Positions 31,001 to 40,339 of a stretch of 64,000 nt of DNA are shown piece by piece. This DNA is from Candidatus Thermosaccharophagus tengchongensis. Lineage in GTDB: Bacteria > Armatimonadota > Fervidibacteria > Fervidibacterales > Thermosaccharophagaceae. The notes below the pieces were generated by a model, which did no database searches, was not told the DNA's origin, and saw only the letters and a list, made by a program, of their open reading frames with translations. The stretch is from the NCBI GenBank assembly GCA_032161105.1, contig JAVHTD010000006.1; one strand, 5' to 3'. The position numbers and the translations under genes were made by a program. Each line of letters begins with the position of its first letter. The stretch's first letter is position 1.

Positions 31001-32286
31001 TAGCCCAAAAGCCTCTCAAACAAGCTCATCTTGCCCTCAACGAATGCGTTTTGTCGCCTCATCTTGGGCAAGCCATCGGCGCTTATCTCGTAGGAGACAA
31101 ATGTGGTCCCGCAGGGCGCCTCACTGGTCACATTTGTGAATGCGAGCGCGATGAGCAAGTCAACCAATGGCACGGTCAATTCGCGATGCCTGAAGACGGA
31201 CACATTGAAGGTCCGCTCAATACCTCTATCCCTATCGCCAACCGAGATGCGCAGTTGAAGCATTTTTGAGCGCAACCCGACAACGCCAGCCATCGCAAAT
31301 GCCCTATCCTGAGTGAATGTGCCAACTGCTTTAATCGGCGAAGCGAGTTTGATGGACATGTATTGGCTCGGCAATACACCGTGCACATAGGCAGTTGTAA
31401 GGGGCATGCTCGTCTCGCCGGAGAGGAGCAACGGATGCCCGAATGCTATAACGATGTCGCCTTTGCGGTATGTGAGCGTCCCTATTGCCGTTATCTCAAT
31501 GTCCCCACATGTGAGCTGTGCGCCAATTGGCGCACCCGGCTCAAGCATTGCTTTGAGCGCTGAGGCATTAGCCGGTCTGCCGGGTGAGAGAACAGGGATG
31601 AGCGCATACGGCTGAAGGAGTTTTTTCAAGCGCTCAAGCGATGCCTTCGGCATACCGTAAACCATCAAAGGCGTCGCAACCGGAATGAGCAACATTTCGT
31701 CTTGGGGAACTTTCGTCCCGTCCACATCCAATGGGCATGTGCTCAGCTTCACCGAGCTTATGCGTTTGCCTGAGAGAATGATGCTGCCATTCACCGGCTT
31801 CAAATTTATGGTCTTTGGCACAGCCGCGGCGGCAGCCATCTTTTGCGGCATGGTTGATTCAACCATGCTCCTTATCGGCGTCACGCCAGCTATGGGCGCT
31901 TTTGAGAAAGGATACGCATATGCAACCGCCCCAACAAGCTTGCCGGCAATGTAGACCGGAGAGCCGCTCATGCCGGAGACAACACCCCAACCGTTTGAAA
32001 CGATCGGACCACCATCAATCCGAATGAGTATCAGGTCCATTCCGAAGTCAACTCCCCTGAGCACGCCTATGACCGTCACTGGGAATGTGCTCACCTTTGT
32101 GCCGTTGAATGTGCTCTTGCAATAACCGCGCATGCCCGGGGATATGCGTTCTACGGGGATGTATTCATCGGGCGAGAGCAGTTTATGTGCTTCTTCACAC
32201 AAAGCCATCGGAACGAAAGCTGCGCCGAGGCAAATCGCTAAGATGAGAACGAGCCGTGTGTGACAAAGGCTTTTGATCTCGCTCAT
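28006..32286 (-). CDS. Secreted SpoIVB-like peptidase (S55) fused to a beta-propeller and Ig/Fn3-like domains
   Basis: Signal peptide, GMSGSPV and AFGHP motifs, repeated G.VY.GT.P.G.V blades. Start uncertain (ORF open to 32418). Confidence 0.78.
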   Translation of the reverse strand: MSEIKSLCHTRLVLILAICLGAAFVPMALCEEAHKLLSPDEYIPVERISPGMRGYCKSTFNGTKVSTFPVTVIGVLRGVDFGMDLILIRIDGGPIVSNGWGVVSGMSGSPVYIAGKLVGAVAYAYPFSKAPIAGVTPIRSMVESTMPQKMAAAAAVPKTINLKPVNGSIILSGKRISSVKLSTCPLDVDGTKVPQDEMLLIPVATPLMVYGMPKASLERLKKLLQPYALIPVLSPGRPANASALKAMLEPGAPIGAQLTCGDIEITAIGTLTYRKGDIVIAFGHPLLLSGETSMPLTTAYVHGVLPSQYMSIKLASPIKAVGTFTQDRAFAMAGVVGLRSKMLQLRISVGDRDRGIERTFNVSVFRHRELTVPLVDLLIALAFTNVTSEAPCGTTFVSYEISADGLPKMRRQNAFVEGKMSLFERLLGYSMPSTSELIQTLLLLEENRFERANVKSVIVRLENTSRVREAFIERVLCDKRVARPGEELKLTIHMRHAQSGWEQKEVKVRLPDVKHACTVRIGVCGGADAQRLRNRLGILQRRPNSLAQLIEELVSRERNDQLFVCLQLPNMDACVNGTVANNMPFNILEVMSAAGDDMLRVGYGELSEHVDVGCVVRGMKVLSIKIEPDYPKEVPQPSPELERARVRQVEGGLELIEQVGRLFGMWGDGEASSSGMPFELLRMRKPSRLSLQDEGDGEQTSEPEADESEQGAAKGAQGEGAQGRRDDGTFQRLPKDALKARRIEIKSQKDLMRGRCDGAFVASDGSVRIGLKAVDIADLGDGGIWQAAVSEGGTLYVCSWQSGAVYAISNGSAKRVCSLCKDGNLNCIPTALLPLVDELLIGTSPNGEIYSVKVTDGDMALPKVWLKLNCKHIWKMHSLPSGDVLIATGLPGRVFRVAKDGRLKPLTEALDEHVMALVVCGDGSIYAGTYPMGRLWRISPDGSYRLVWETKRGAISALCASSDGRVYIGTTPHGEVFRLSDDGESKLLYDTPSRHIADIILSSDGALIVSGIMPHAIYLIDADGVYGQALKLSNEFVTRLVKGANGLIGVMSISGRIVELAKASIGEYTSPVFMLPCVADWRLLKCTADIAGNAEVTVETRSGNSEAPDETWSDWENADLSGDGFVIRSPSARALQWRIRIKCDGNATNNPPRLYGAMVSFTPVNVAPTVQFVAPSPGAVLSKTVTVEWKAYDANQDELEFELYCSNDGGKTWRRIKEVKPKEEKKPDGKGANETATQKDKGQPAPQKGETGITVETPPMPEISEELVEQVTSEGAAPEQSWQQEKFEWDTTQFPDGKYILKIVASDALSNPLNPILTETISPSFIVDNTPPIAISPKPEGSTVAVSLLHRIFVRDETTWVARAEFKLGDRWYPLMSADGSFDSRDEELIVPVDRLPSGEGVLEVRVFDAAGNSAVFRYPYVKGEK

Positions 32287-32548
32287 GCAACGATGCCTCC
32301 CCGCTTGAGCAAATAAAGCCGAAGGGCGAAATTGAAGACGGAATTGGCGAATGATGTGCCTTAAACATGACCATGACTGCGCAAAGGTATGTCCACCTTC
32401 GCTCTTTCTTGCTATCATTGTAGCTCAAAAGTAAGCTACCAAGCCGTGTCGGATGGCAACATCTATATGGGTGGATGTGAGTTGGTCCAACTTTGCGGGC
32501 AGCATAACAGCTGCCCTGCGTTCGGCCACATAACTCAACATTAAGGAC

Positions 32549-33190
32549 ATGGGGGTTGCTTCAACGATGTATTGCATGGCTTTAACAGCATGTTGCTTCT
32601 GTCTCTTCGGCTCAAAGGCGCCACATCGTGAGCGAGAGGATTTGGGCAAGGGCGAAAAGAAGCTGCCCGTCGTTTGCATCCCAATAGGTGTTGATGAATC
32701 AATTGTTAGGGTGGCTTTGGGTGAAGTTGAAATAAGCCTCCCCGAAACAAGATGCGTTATAGGGAGCTTGGAATGCCAGATAGACCTCTCAAAGGCATTT
32801 GTCAAGCGGCGAAATCAGTATCTCGCCGATGCCATACTTGACAGCATTCCGCTTCCGGAGGACGAAAGCCGCGTCGTCGGAATTGTTGATGTGGACATCT
32901 ATACCAGCACATTGAACTTCGTCTTTGGCATAGCCGAGTTGCCGGGGAGGAGGGCACTCATCTCTACATACAGGTTGAGGATGGGCGATGTGTCAAACGA
33001 GCTTTTGATTGAACGCTTAGCTAAGGAAATAGTCCATGAGCTTGGGCACACATTCGGATTGCGACACTGCAGTGACAAAAGATGCGTCATGCATTTCAGC
33101 AATTCAATTGCGGATACGGATTACAAGTCGGTAAGGCTTTGCGAAAGGTGCTTTGAAGCCTATCGCAAGGCTAAGTTGTGGTTCTTCTGA
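32549..33190 (+). CDS. Archaemetzincin-family zinc metalloprotease
   Basis: RNQY.A, LNFVFG.A, HELGHTFGLRHC, CVMHFSNS, D.K...LC.RC. Start uncertain. Confidence 0.92.
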   Translation: MGVASTMYCMALTACCFCLFGSKAPHREREDLGKGEKKLPVVCIPIGVDESIVRVALGEVEISLPETRCVIGSLECQIDLSKAFVKRRNQYLADAILDSIPLPEDESRVVGIVDVDIYTSTLNFVFGIAELPGRRALISTYRLRMGDVSNELLIERLAKEIVHELGHTFGLRHCSDKRCVMHFSNSIADTDYKSVRLCERCFEAYRKAKLWFF

Positions 33191-33211
33191 TGCCATCGCT
33201 GTTTCAATGTT

Positions 33212-34177
33212 TCAATGTGTGGGCTCCGTTGGGATGCCAAGATAAGCCTTAACAACGATCTCAACACTCTTTGGGTCAATGAACCTGCCCGCCAGCGGCT
33301 CCGCATCCAACCTAATCACGGTGCTTTTTTCTCCGACCTTCACTATGTGCTTATAGCTGCCGTTAACGAGTGCGCATGGACCGCGAATGCGCCCTTCCTT
33401 GAGCGCCCTTGTCGCCTCATCGCTCATCATGTCAACCACTCTGACAGAGAGCTTTTCACCATATTGCTCCTTTAGCCTTTCAACTTGCTTGATGGCTTCC
33501 GGGAAGTTTATTGCTCCCGGAGTATCCTTTGGCGGCATGTAAAACACAACTTCAACTTTGCCGCCCGGCTTTGCCACAGGGATGGCTTCGTGTTCCACCT
33601 CTTCAGCTTTCGGCGCAAAAATCTTTCTGACAAACTCATTAGCCTCCTGCACCGTCATCTTAGCCCACTTCTGCTTAAGCTGTTCGGCAACCTCGCCATT
33701 CATCCCGCTCCCATATGCTGCCTTGAGCGCCTCATCAATCTTTCCAATCAACCCACCGACATCAACCTGCGGACCTGACAAGACAACCTCGCCGTTCACG
33801 AGTATTGAAGCACAGTGCACACCGCGCTTTTCCATAGCCTTTGAACCCTCGGGGGAATGCATGTTGTAAATTCCGAGCCGTATGCGCTTCCCCTCAACCT
33901 TCGCCACCTCGGTTAACAGCCCAATGTTAATTGCGTGACACTCCACATCAAATGGGAGGAAGGCTTCAATGCTCACTTTTGCGTTCGTTGGACCGACAAC
34001 ATATTGCGCTGGGATGTCCATTCGTGAAACGGGTTGTTGCACAGTCTTTGGCGGGGCACTCCTTAGGGCTTGCTCAACGCGCTGCATGTAAACCGAGGAG
34101 AAAAGCACGGCTATGACAAACCCCGCTACAAAGATGCATGCGAGTATTTCCGTCGGACGAATCTTCCTAATGACCAC
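33212..34177 (-). CDS. Membrane-anchored hypothetical protein with two thioredoxin-like modules
   Basis: N-terminal TM; GPTNAKVSIEAF..CH...HCASILVNG and a second module ending GPCALVNG. Confidence 0.55.
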   Translation of the reverse strand: MVIRKIRPTEILACIFVAGFVIAVLFSSVYMQRVEQALRSAPPKTVQQPVSRMDIPAQYVVGPTNAKVSIEAFLPFDVECHAINIGLLTEVAKVEGKRIRLGIYNMHSPEGSKAMEKRGVHCASILVNGEVVLSGPQVDVGGLIGKIDEALKAAYGSGMNGEVAEQLKQKWAKMTVQEANEFVRKIFAPKAEEVEHEAIPVAKPGGKVEVVFYMPPKDTPGAINFPEAIKQVERLKEQYGEKLSVRVVDMMSDEATRALKEGRIRGPCALVNGSYKHIVKVGEKSTVIRLDAEPLAGRFIDPKSVEIVVKAYLGIPTEPTH

Positions 34178-34192
34178 AAAACATCACCGCCC

Positions 34193-34675
34193 TCAAAGTT
34201 CGTGGACGCTCACATCAAGCCTTTCCAAATCAAGCAAAGCCGCAGTTGAACGCCCTGTGAGCCACCCACAAGCCTCCCCCGGATTGACGACAAGGCATTG
34301 ATTTCGCTCAACGGAGACTTTATGGGTGTGCCCATAAACGATGACATCAAACATGCGACTCCTCTTCATCGCCTCAAGCGGTTCTGGTTCGTGCATGACA
34401 GCGATGCGCTTGCCCTCAACCTCAAGTGTAGCCATCCTTGCATGCAGTTCTCCAAAGCCCTCCATCGCTTTGAGCAAGCCAATTCGCTCACCATCGTTAT
34501 TCCCAAACACAGCCACAAGCCTGCAACTGAGCCGTGAAAACGGCTTCACCGAGAACGGTGCCACAAAGTCACCAGCGTGAATGACCAGTTCAACACCGTG
34601 AGATTCAAACAGCTTGATTGCCGCCTCTATCTTGGGCATGTTATCGTGTGTATCAGCGATCAAGCCTATCTTCAT
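34193..34675 (-). CDS. Metallophosphoesterase, MJ0936/YfcE family
   Basis: DTH, HAGD, GNND, GHTH, NPGE. Confidence 0.92.
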   Translation of the reverse strand: MKIGLIADTHDNMPKIEAAIKLFESHGVELVIHAGDFVAPFSVKPFSRLSCRLVAVFGNNDGERIGLLKAMEGFGELHARMATLEVEGKRIAVMHEPEPLEAMKRSRMFDVIVYGHTHKVSVERNQCLVVNPGEACGWLTGRSTAALLDLERLDVSVHEL

Positions 34676-34906
34676 GACTCATCCCTCCAACGCACAGCTC
34701 ACTACTAACATTGTAGTCACTCAACCGATTAGCCACCCGCAAAACGCCGTGTGGAGTGACTTGAGGTTTTGGTCCTGCAGCAGCATGGTATAAACATCAT
34801 GGCACTGCCATGTGTCCAAAGAAGTTGGCGGCATCCTTGATGCCACCGTTTACCAACCCCACAACCACCGCAGCCCCCAAGGATGCCGCCCGTGTCTCTT
34901 CCGACC

Positions 34907-36181
34907 TCAAGCAGCTCCGGTTGAGCAGCGCCGTGATTGAATACACTCAACGAGCTCCGCTGCAAATTCGGAGCAAGTCAACACTTGCACATCACCGTCA
35001 ATGTGCCTCGCTAAGTCCTGCGTCACCTTCCGTGATTTGATTGTGAAGCTGAGCGCATCGTAAATCAAGTCGGCTGCCTCACCCCATCCGATGTAGCGCA
35101 ACATCATTGCCCCGCAGAGGATCATTGAGCTCGGATTGGCTATATCCTTTCCCGCATATTTTGGTGCGCTCCCATGAGTCGGCTCAAACAGCGCATGGTA
35201 ATCGCCCAAGTTCGCCCCAGGAGCAATGCCAATGCCGCCAACCTGTGCTGCACATGCATCGCTCAGGTAATCTCCATTCAGGTTTGGAAGCACTATGACA
35301 TCGTAATCTTCGGGACGCGTGAGCACCTGCTGGAACATGTTATCGGCAAGCACATCTTTGATTATGAGCTTCCCAGTGATGTTTTGCTCGGGAGCTCTTG
35401 AGACATCGCGCTGCGTTACGACATGCTCACCAAACTCGTCCAGAGCAACCTCATAAGCCCATTGCGCAAATGCCCCTTCGGTGAACTTCATGATGTTTCC
35501 CTTGTGGACTATGGTGATGCTCCTTCTCCCGTTCTCAAGCGCATACTTGATTGCCTTTCGCATCAGCCTTTTCGTTGCGCGCTCACTTATCGGCTTAATT
35601 CCGATGCCAGCATCCTCGGGCAGGATTATACCGAACTCCTCCCTCAAGAACTGAATGACACGCCTTGCACCATCGCTGCCCATCTCCCACTCAATTCCCG
35701 CATACACATCCTCTGTGGCTTCACGGAATATGACCACATCAAGCCTCTCTGGATGTTTGACCGGTGATGGGACGCCTTCAATCCACTTGATCGGGCGAAC
35801 GCAGGCATACAGATCAAGTTCCTGCCTCAAAGTCACATTGAGGGAACGATGCCCACCAAATGGCGGCGTCGTTAACGGACCCTTTATTGCCACGATGAAC
35901 TGCTCAATCGCCCTTAGCGTATCCTGAGGGAGTAACTCACCGTAGAGGTTGAGCGCCTTCTCGCCAGCGAAAACTTCGCACCATGCGATTCTCCTCTCGC
36001 CATCGTAGGCAACTTTAACTGCGGCATCAATCACAAGGCGTGCAGCACGCCACACATCCGAACCGATGCCATCGCCCTCAATGAATGGGATTATAGGTAT
36101 ATCAGGGACGCACAGCTTCCCATCAACAACTTTTATTGCCTCACCCTCATCGGGCAACCTGATCTTTTGAAAGCCGTGCAC
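34907..36181 (-). CDS. icd: NADP-dependent isocitrate dehydrogenase
   Basis: [56 protein letters not shown]. Confidence 0.97.
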   Translation of the reverse strand: MHGFQKIRLPDEGEAIKVVDGKLCVPDIPIIPFIEGDGIGSDVWRAARLVIDAAVKVAYDGERRIAWCEVFAGEKALNLYGELLPQDTLRAIEQFIVAIKGPLTTPPFGGHRSLNVTLRQELDLYACVRPIKWIEGVPSPVKHPERLDVVIFREATEDVYAGIEWEMGSDGARRVIQFLREEFGIILPEDAGIGIKPISERATKRLMRKAIKYALENGRRSITIVHKGNIMKFTEGAFAQWAYEVALDEFGEHVVTQRDVSRAPEQNITGKLIIKDVLADNMFQQVLTRPEDYDVIVLPNLNGDYLSDACAAQVGGIGIAPGANLGDYHALFEPTHGSAPKYAGKDIANPSSMILCGAMMLRYIGWGEAADLIYDALSFTIKSRKVTQDLARHIDGDVQVLTCSEFAAELVECIQSRRCSTGAA

Positions 36182-36317
36182 CCCTCACACCACCCTTTGA
36201 ACCCATCACATCATCAGGGCTTACTCAAGCGGCATTTTAGGGCGCAATGCAAAGCGCAAATTTATTGGCAGCTTATCAGCTGCCAACTGCATTTTGTCTG
36301 CTCACCATAAAATGTTT

Positions 36318-36392
36318 TGGAGCTGGCGGCGGGATTTGAACCCGCGACCTGGGGATTACAAATCCCCCGCTCTGCCGCTGAGCTACACCAGC
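36318..36392 (-). tRNA. tRNA-Thr (anticodon TGT)
   Basis: Reverse complement reads GCTGGTGTAGCTCAGCGGCAGAGC-GGGGA TTTGTAA TCCCC-AGGTCGCGGGTTCAAATCCCGCCGCCAGCTCCA: cloverleaf, T-loop and encoded CCA. Confidence 0.97.
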
Positions 36393-36473
36393 TCCGCTTC
36401 GCATTTTCATTATGCCAACATGAAGCAATCGCGTATGCAGCACATCAACGCGAGGAAGGAATTGCTACGGGCA

Positions 36474-37367
36474 TTATGAAAGGTAGCGCACAAGCTGATG
36501 AACTGCGCTCAAGCTCCCGAGCAATCCGAATGCGAGCCCGACAATTGTCATGCTGGCAAAGAAATACCAGTTCGGGACAGCCACATGGAACAGCATCAGC
36601 AGCACCTTATTCGTCTCAACGAGCCTAAGAAGAGAGGCATGCGCTGCATAAACCATCAAAGACGCAACCGCGCCACCAACCAACCCGTAAATCAATCCCT
36701 CAAGCATAAGCGGCGCCCTTATGAACCAAATCGTAGCCCCGACAAGCTGCATGATTCTTATGGCTTCCCTGCGCGCATAAATTGTCAACCTGATTGCGTT
36801 GGCGATTAGCGTCAATGTGGCGAAAGCAGTGACGATGACCAGAGCAAGCCCGCACAGCCTGACGAGCCTCATGATGTGCGATAGCTGTTTCACCACATCA
36901 GCCATACACACCACACTTTCAACCTCAGGGAGGCGCTCAAGCCTCTTTGCGCACTCAATTGCGTCCTCAAAGTTTACGGCGACCACATCAAGCCTGTGCG
37001 GCAATGGGTTACCGCCAGCCAAGCTGCGCAACGAAACATGATTCCCCATGGAGGCTTCCATCTCCCTCAAGCCCTCATCCTTGTGAACGAACTTGACGCT
37101 TTTGACGAGCACCCAACGCTGAATCCTCCTTTGCAATTCCCTTGCCTGCTGCTCCGTCACGCCGCTATGGAGATAAACACGCATGCAATTGACCTTTTCA
37201 GACTCACGAAGCACAGCTGAGCGCACATAAAGCACGATGAGGACGAGGAGACCAAAAACGGCTACGGACAATGCGGCACTCACTGTCGCAGCCATGCTCA
37301 TCAGCCAGTGCCTTCGCATGCTCGTAAGCGCTTCAGAGATGCAATGCTCAACGAACCGTAATAGCAC
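36474..37367 (-). CDS. ftsX: Cell division ABC permease FtsX
   Basis: NPLP, IANAIRLTIYARR, IMQLVGAT.WFIR.P; downstream of ftsE; GTG 37367 after GGAAGGGGTG. Confidence 0.93.
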   Translation of the reverse strand: MLLRFVEHCISEALTSMRRHWLMSMAATVSAALSVAVFGLLVLIVLYVRSAVLRESEKVNCMRVYLHSGVTEQQARELQRRIQRWVLVKSVKFVHKDEGLREMEASMGNHVSLRSLAGGNPLPHRLDVVAVNFEDAIECAKRLERLPEVESVVCMADVVKQLSHIMRLVRLCGLALVIVTAFATLTLIANAIRLTIYARREAIRIMQLVGATIWFIRAPLMLEGLIYGLVGGAVASLMVYAAHASLLRLVETNKVLLMLFHVAVPNWYFFASMTIVGLAFGLLGSLSAVHQLVRYLS

Positions 37368-38043
37368 CGCGATACACCCCTTCCGGCTCGTCCCTGACGA
37401 TGCTTCCGCCACGCAGTTCAATGACTCGCTTCTTCAGGTAGTCAACGATGTATTTGTCGTGCGTCGCCACAACTACAGTTGTGCCACGCTGGTTCACACG
37501 GTCAAGTAGCGAGGCTATCTCTATGGATGAGTCTGGGTCAAGGTTGCCAGTTGGCTCATCGGCAAGCAATATCAGCGGGTTGTTCACGATTGCTCTCGCC
37601 ATGCACACCTTTTGCTGCTCACCGCCGGATAGCTGCCTCGGATATGCATCCCACTTCTCTATCAACCCGACGAGCTGCAGCGCACTGCACACCGCATCAC
37701 GAAGCTCAGACCGAGGCGCTCCAATGACCTTTAACGCGAATGCCACATTCTCCCAGACTGTCTTGTCCTGAAGGAGGAGGAAGTCCTGAAACACAACTCC
37801 AATTGAGCGGCGAAGGAATGGGACCTGTGAAGGGCGCAATGATGCGACATTGATCCCGTTAACGATGACCTTGCCCTGCGTTGGAATGAGCTCTCGGTTG
37901 ATGAGCTTCAATATTGTTGACTTGCCAGAGCCAGTCGGTCCAACGATGAAGACAAATTCGCCCTTGTTTATCGTGCATGAAACATTGTTCAAAGCAACGA
38001 TGCCGCCCTTGAACTTCACGGTCACATTGTGCAACTGTATCAT
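37348..38043 (-). CDS. ftsE: Cell division ATP-binding protein FtsE
   Basis: GPTGSGKST, VFQDF, LSGGEQQ, ADEPTGNLD. Confidence 0.95.
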   Translation of the reverse strand: MIQLHNVTVKFKGGIVALNNVSCTINKGEFVFIVGPTGSGKSTILKLINRELIPTQGKVIVNGINVASLRPSQVPFLRRSIGVVFQDFLLLQDKTVWENVAFALKVIGAPRSELRDAVCSALQLVGLIEKWDAYPRQLSGGEQQKVCMARAIVNNPLILLADEPTGNLDPDSSIEIASLLDRVNQRGTTVVVATHDKYIVDYLKKRVIELRGGSIVRDEPEGVYRGAITVR

Positions 38044-38077
38044 GAAACCTCACTCACCTTCATTTCGGAGTCGTGTC

Positions 38078-39166
38078 TCACTCAACCGCCTCAGGGTAAG
38101 AGCCGAGCACCTTTAGGAATAGGCACTCCCTTCTCATCTCCTCAAGCGCTTTCTTAACGGGCTCATCTTCAATGTGCCCTTGGAAGTCAACGAAGAAAAG
38201 ATACTCCCACGGAGTGTGCCTTGCCGGTCTTGATGCTATCATGGTCATGTTTATGTTGAAGCGCTGCAAAGCTCCGAGAGCCCTGTAAAGCGCACCCGGA
38301 CGATGCGCCACCGAGAACAGAATTGATGTTTTGTCCTGACCAGTTGGAGGTGGTATTTCATCCCCGATGATGAGGAAGCGAGTTTTATTCCCGGGCATGT
38401 CCTCAATGTTTGATGCAAGCACGCTAAGTCCATAATGCTCCGCAGCCAGTCTGTGCCCAATAGCTGCTGCGTTTGGTTCACTTGCAGCTCTCATTGCGCC
38501 CTCCGCTGTGCTGCTAACTGGGCATAGCCTTGCGTTTGGCAAATGAGTTGAGAGCCAACCCTTGCATTGAGCCAGCGCACTGTCTCGGGAATAAACCACC
38601 TTGATCTCGTCAAGCGAACATTTAGCCATTAAGCAGTGGTGAATTGGCAGGAGCGTCTCCGCGCATATCTTTGAGTTTGAGCGTATGAACATATCAAGCG
38701 TATCATTGACTTCACCCTCAGCCGTGTTCTCAACTGGCACGACGCCGTAATCGGCATTGCCGCGCTCAACCTCAAAGAACACATCCTGAATTGTCGGCAC
38801 AGGGTATAACTCCACACCGTGACCGAAGTATTGCCTGCTCGCCAAATCCGTGTATGAGAATTCAGGTCCGAGGTAGACGACCTTTATAAGCCCTTCAAGC
38901 CTCCTGCAAGCGCTCAATATCTCTCGGTAGATGACTTTCAAGGAGTCTACAGGCAGAGGACCATGGCTCAGTTTCAAAAGCCTATTAAGTATTTGAGCCT
39001 CCCTTGATGGCGAGTGCGGTGAGAGATTCAGCATGCGTTTAAGCGCGCCAACTGACATGGCAACCTCGGCACGCCTATTCAGCAGGTTCAGTATCTCTTC
39101 ATCAATCCTGTCTATCTCTCGGCGCAACTCCTCAAGTCGGCTTTGCCAATCATCATTGCACTCCAT
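38078..39166 (-). CDS. pheA: Chorismate mutase / prephenate dehydratase (P-protein)
   Basis: LRREIDRID chorismate mutase domain, LGP, PVEN, TRF, ACT domain SRP, LGSYP. Confidence 0.96.
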   Translation of the reverse strand: MECNDDWQSRLEELRREIDRIDEEILNLLNRRAEVAMSVGALKRMLNLSPHSPSREAQILNRLLKLSHGPLPVDSLKVIYREILSACRRLEGLIKVVYLGPEFSYTDLASRQYFGHGVELYPVPTIQDVFFEVERGNADYGVVPVENTAEGEVNDTLDMFIRSNSKICAETLLPIHHCLMAKCSLDEIKVVYSRDSALAQCKGWLSTHLPNARLCPVSSTAEGAMRAASEPNAAAIGHRLAAEHYGLSVLASNIEDMPGNKTRFLIIGDEIPPPTGQDKTSILFSVAHRPGALYRALGALQRFNINMTMIASRPARHTPWEYLFFVDFQGHIEDEPVKKALEEMRRECLFLKVLGSYPEAVE

Positions 39167-39553
39167 TTGCTTTAGTCACCCCGCCCAATGCGTTAGAATA
39201 GCCGTTGAGAGTGACTCAGACAACGCCTGTTGTTGCTTTGGTGAGGCATTGGGAATAAACATCAAAACATCATGATAGCATTTGTATCGGCATTTGACAC
39301 TCTCAGCAATTACTCCGCACTTGCATGGAATGAGGAACTTGCCCGAATGCTGCTCCCAAACACAACTTTGCCGATGACCAAGATGATGTGCATTGTGCAC
39401 GAGGTGAATCTTTGGGCAAAGTGACGCAGGCAACAAAGCGCCAGCAAACTTTGTGGTGAAGGGCGCAGGCGACCATCTAAGGGGCACAAAAGCGATGACC
39501 TTTCTTTTGCTTGCGGGCGGTGATGAGGGATGAGCAAAGCAGGGGTAATTGCG

Positions 39554-40339
39554 ATGAGCGAGGCTGGTGAGAACCTTTGGGTTAAGTGTGAGAGGTGCAG
39601 CGCCCTAACATATCGCAAAGAATACGAGCGCGAGCTGAAAGTGTGCCCGCAGTGCGGATACCACGAGCGCCTCAGCGCATGGGAGCGTTTGAAGATAACC
39701 GTTGACGAAGGAACATTTGAGGAATGGGACGAAAACCTATCACCAGCAGATCCGCTGAACTTTCCCGAATACAAGGAGAAGCTCCTAAAAAGCCAGATGG
39801 CAACAAACTTGAAGGATGCCGCCCTGACAGGCATGGCTAAAATTGAGGGTATACCTGTGGCGATAGGCATAACCGACTTCAAATTTATGGGTGGGAGCAT
39901 GGGCAGCGTCCTCGGGGAAAAGATAACAAGGCTCTTTGAGAGGGCTATAGAACTTCACTTGCCGGTGTTCGTCATTTCCGGCTCAGGCGGTGGCGCGAGG
40001 ATGCAAGAGGGTTTGCTGTCACTGATGCAGATGCCGAAGACATGTGCAGCTTGTGCAAGGCTTCATCAAGCACGACTGCCCTACATAATTCTGCTCACGG
40101 ACTCAATGGCTGGCGTTCAAGCGAGCTTTGGCGCACTCGCCGATGTCATCCTCGCCGAACCTGGTGCGATGGTTGGCTTTACCGGCCCAAGGGTGATTGA
40201 GCTGTCGTTGAAGATCAAAGTCCCGATTGAGCATCGCATGGCTGAGTTTCAGTTTGAACATGGCATGATAGATTTGATCGTCCCAAGGAAGCTTGTTCGT
40301 CCAACTGTGGCAAAGCTGCTCCAATGGATGTGCAAATGA
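39554..40339 (+). CDS. accD: Acetyl-CoA carboxylase carboxyltransferase beta subunit
   Basis: LWVKCERC..CPQC zinc finger, FMGGSMGSV.GEK, GGARMQEG..SLMQM. Confidence 0.95.
   Translation: MSEAGENLWVKCERCSALTYRKEYERELKVCPQCGYHERLSAWERLKITVDEGTFEEWDENLSPADPLNFPEYKEKLLKSQMATNLKDAALTGMAKIEGIPVAIGITDFKFMGGSMGSVLGEKITRLFERAIELHLPVFVISGSGGGARMQEGLLSLMQMPKTCAACARLHQARLPYIILLTDSMAGVQASFGALADVILAEPGAMVGFTGPRVIELSLKIKVPIEHRMAEFQFEHGMIDLIVPRKLVRPTVAKLLQWMCK

Noticed and set aside
36182..36473. tRNA-Thr as an integration site
   Set aside because: No integrase and no duplicated tRNA 3' end seen; both flanks are core genes
39167..39553. T-box or attenuator upstream of pheA; 103-aa ORF at 39176-39487
   Set aside because: No T-box consensus or Phe-rich leader found; the ORF has no protein-like features
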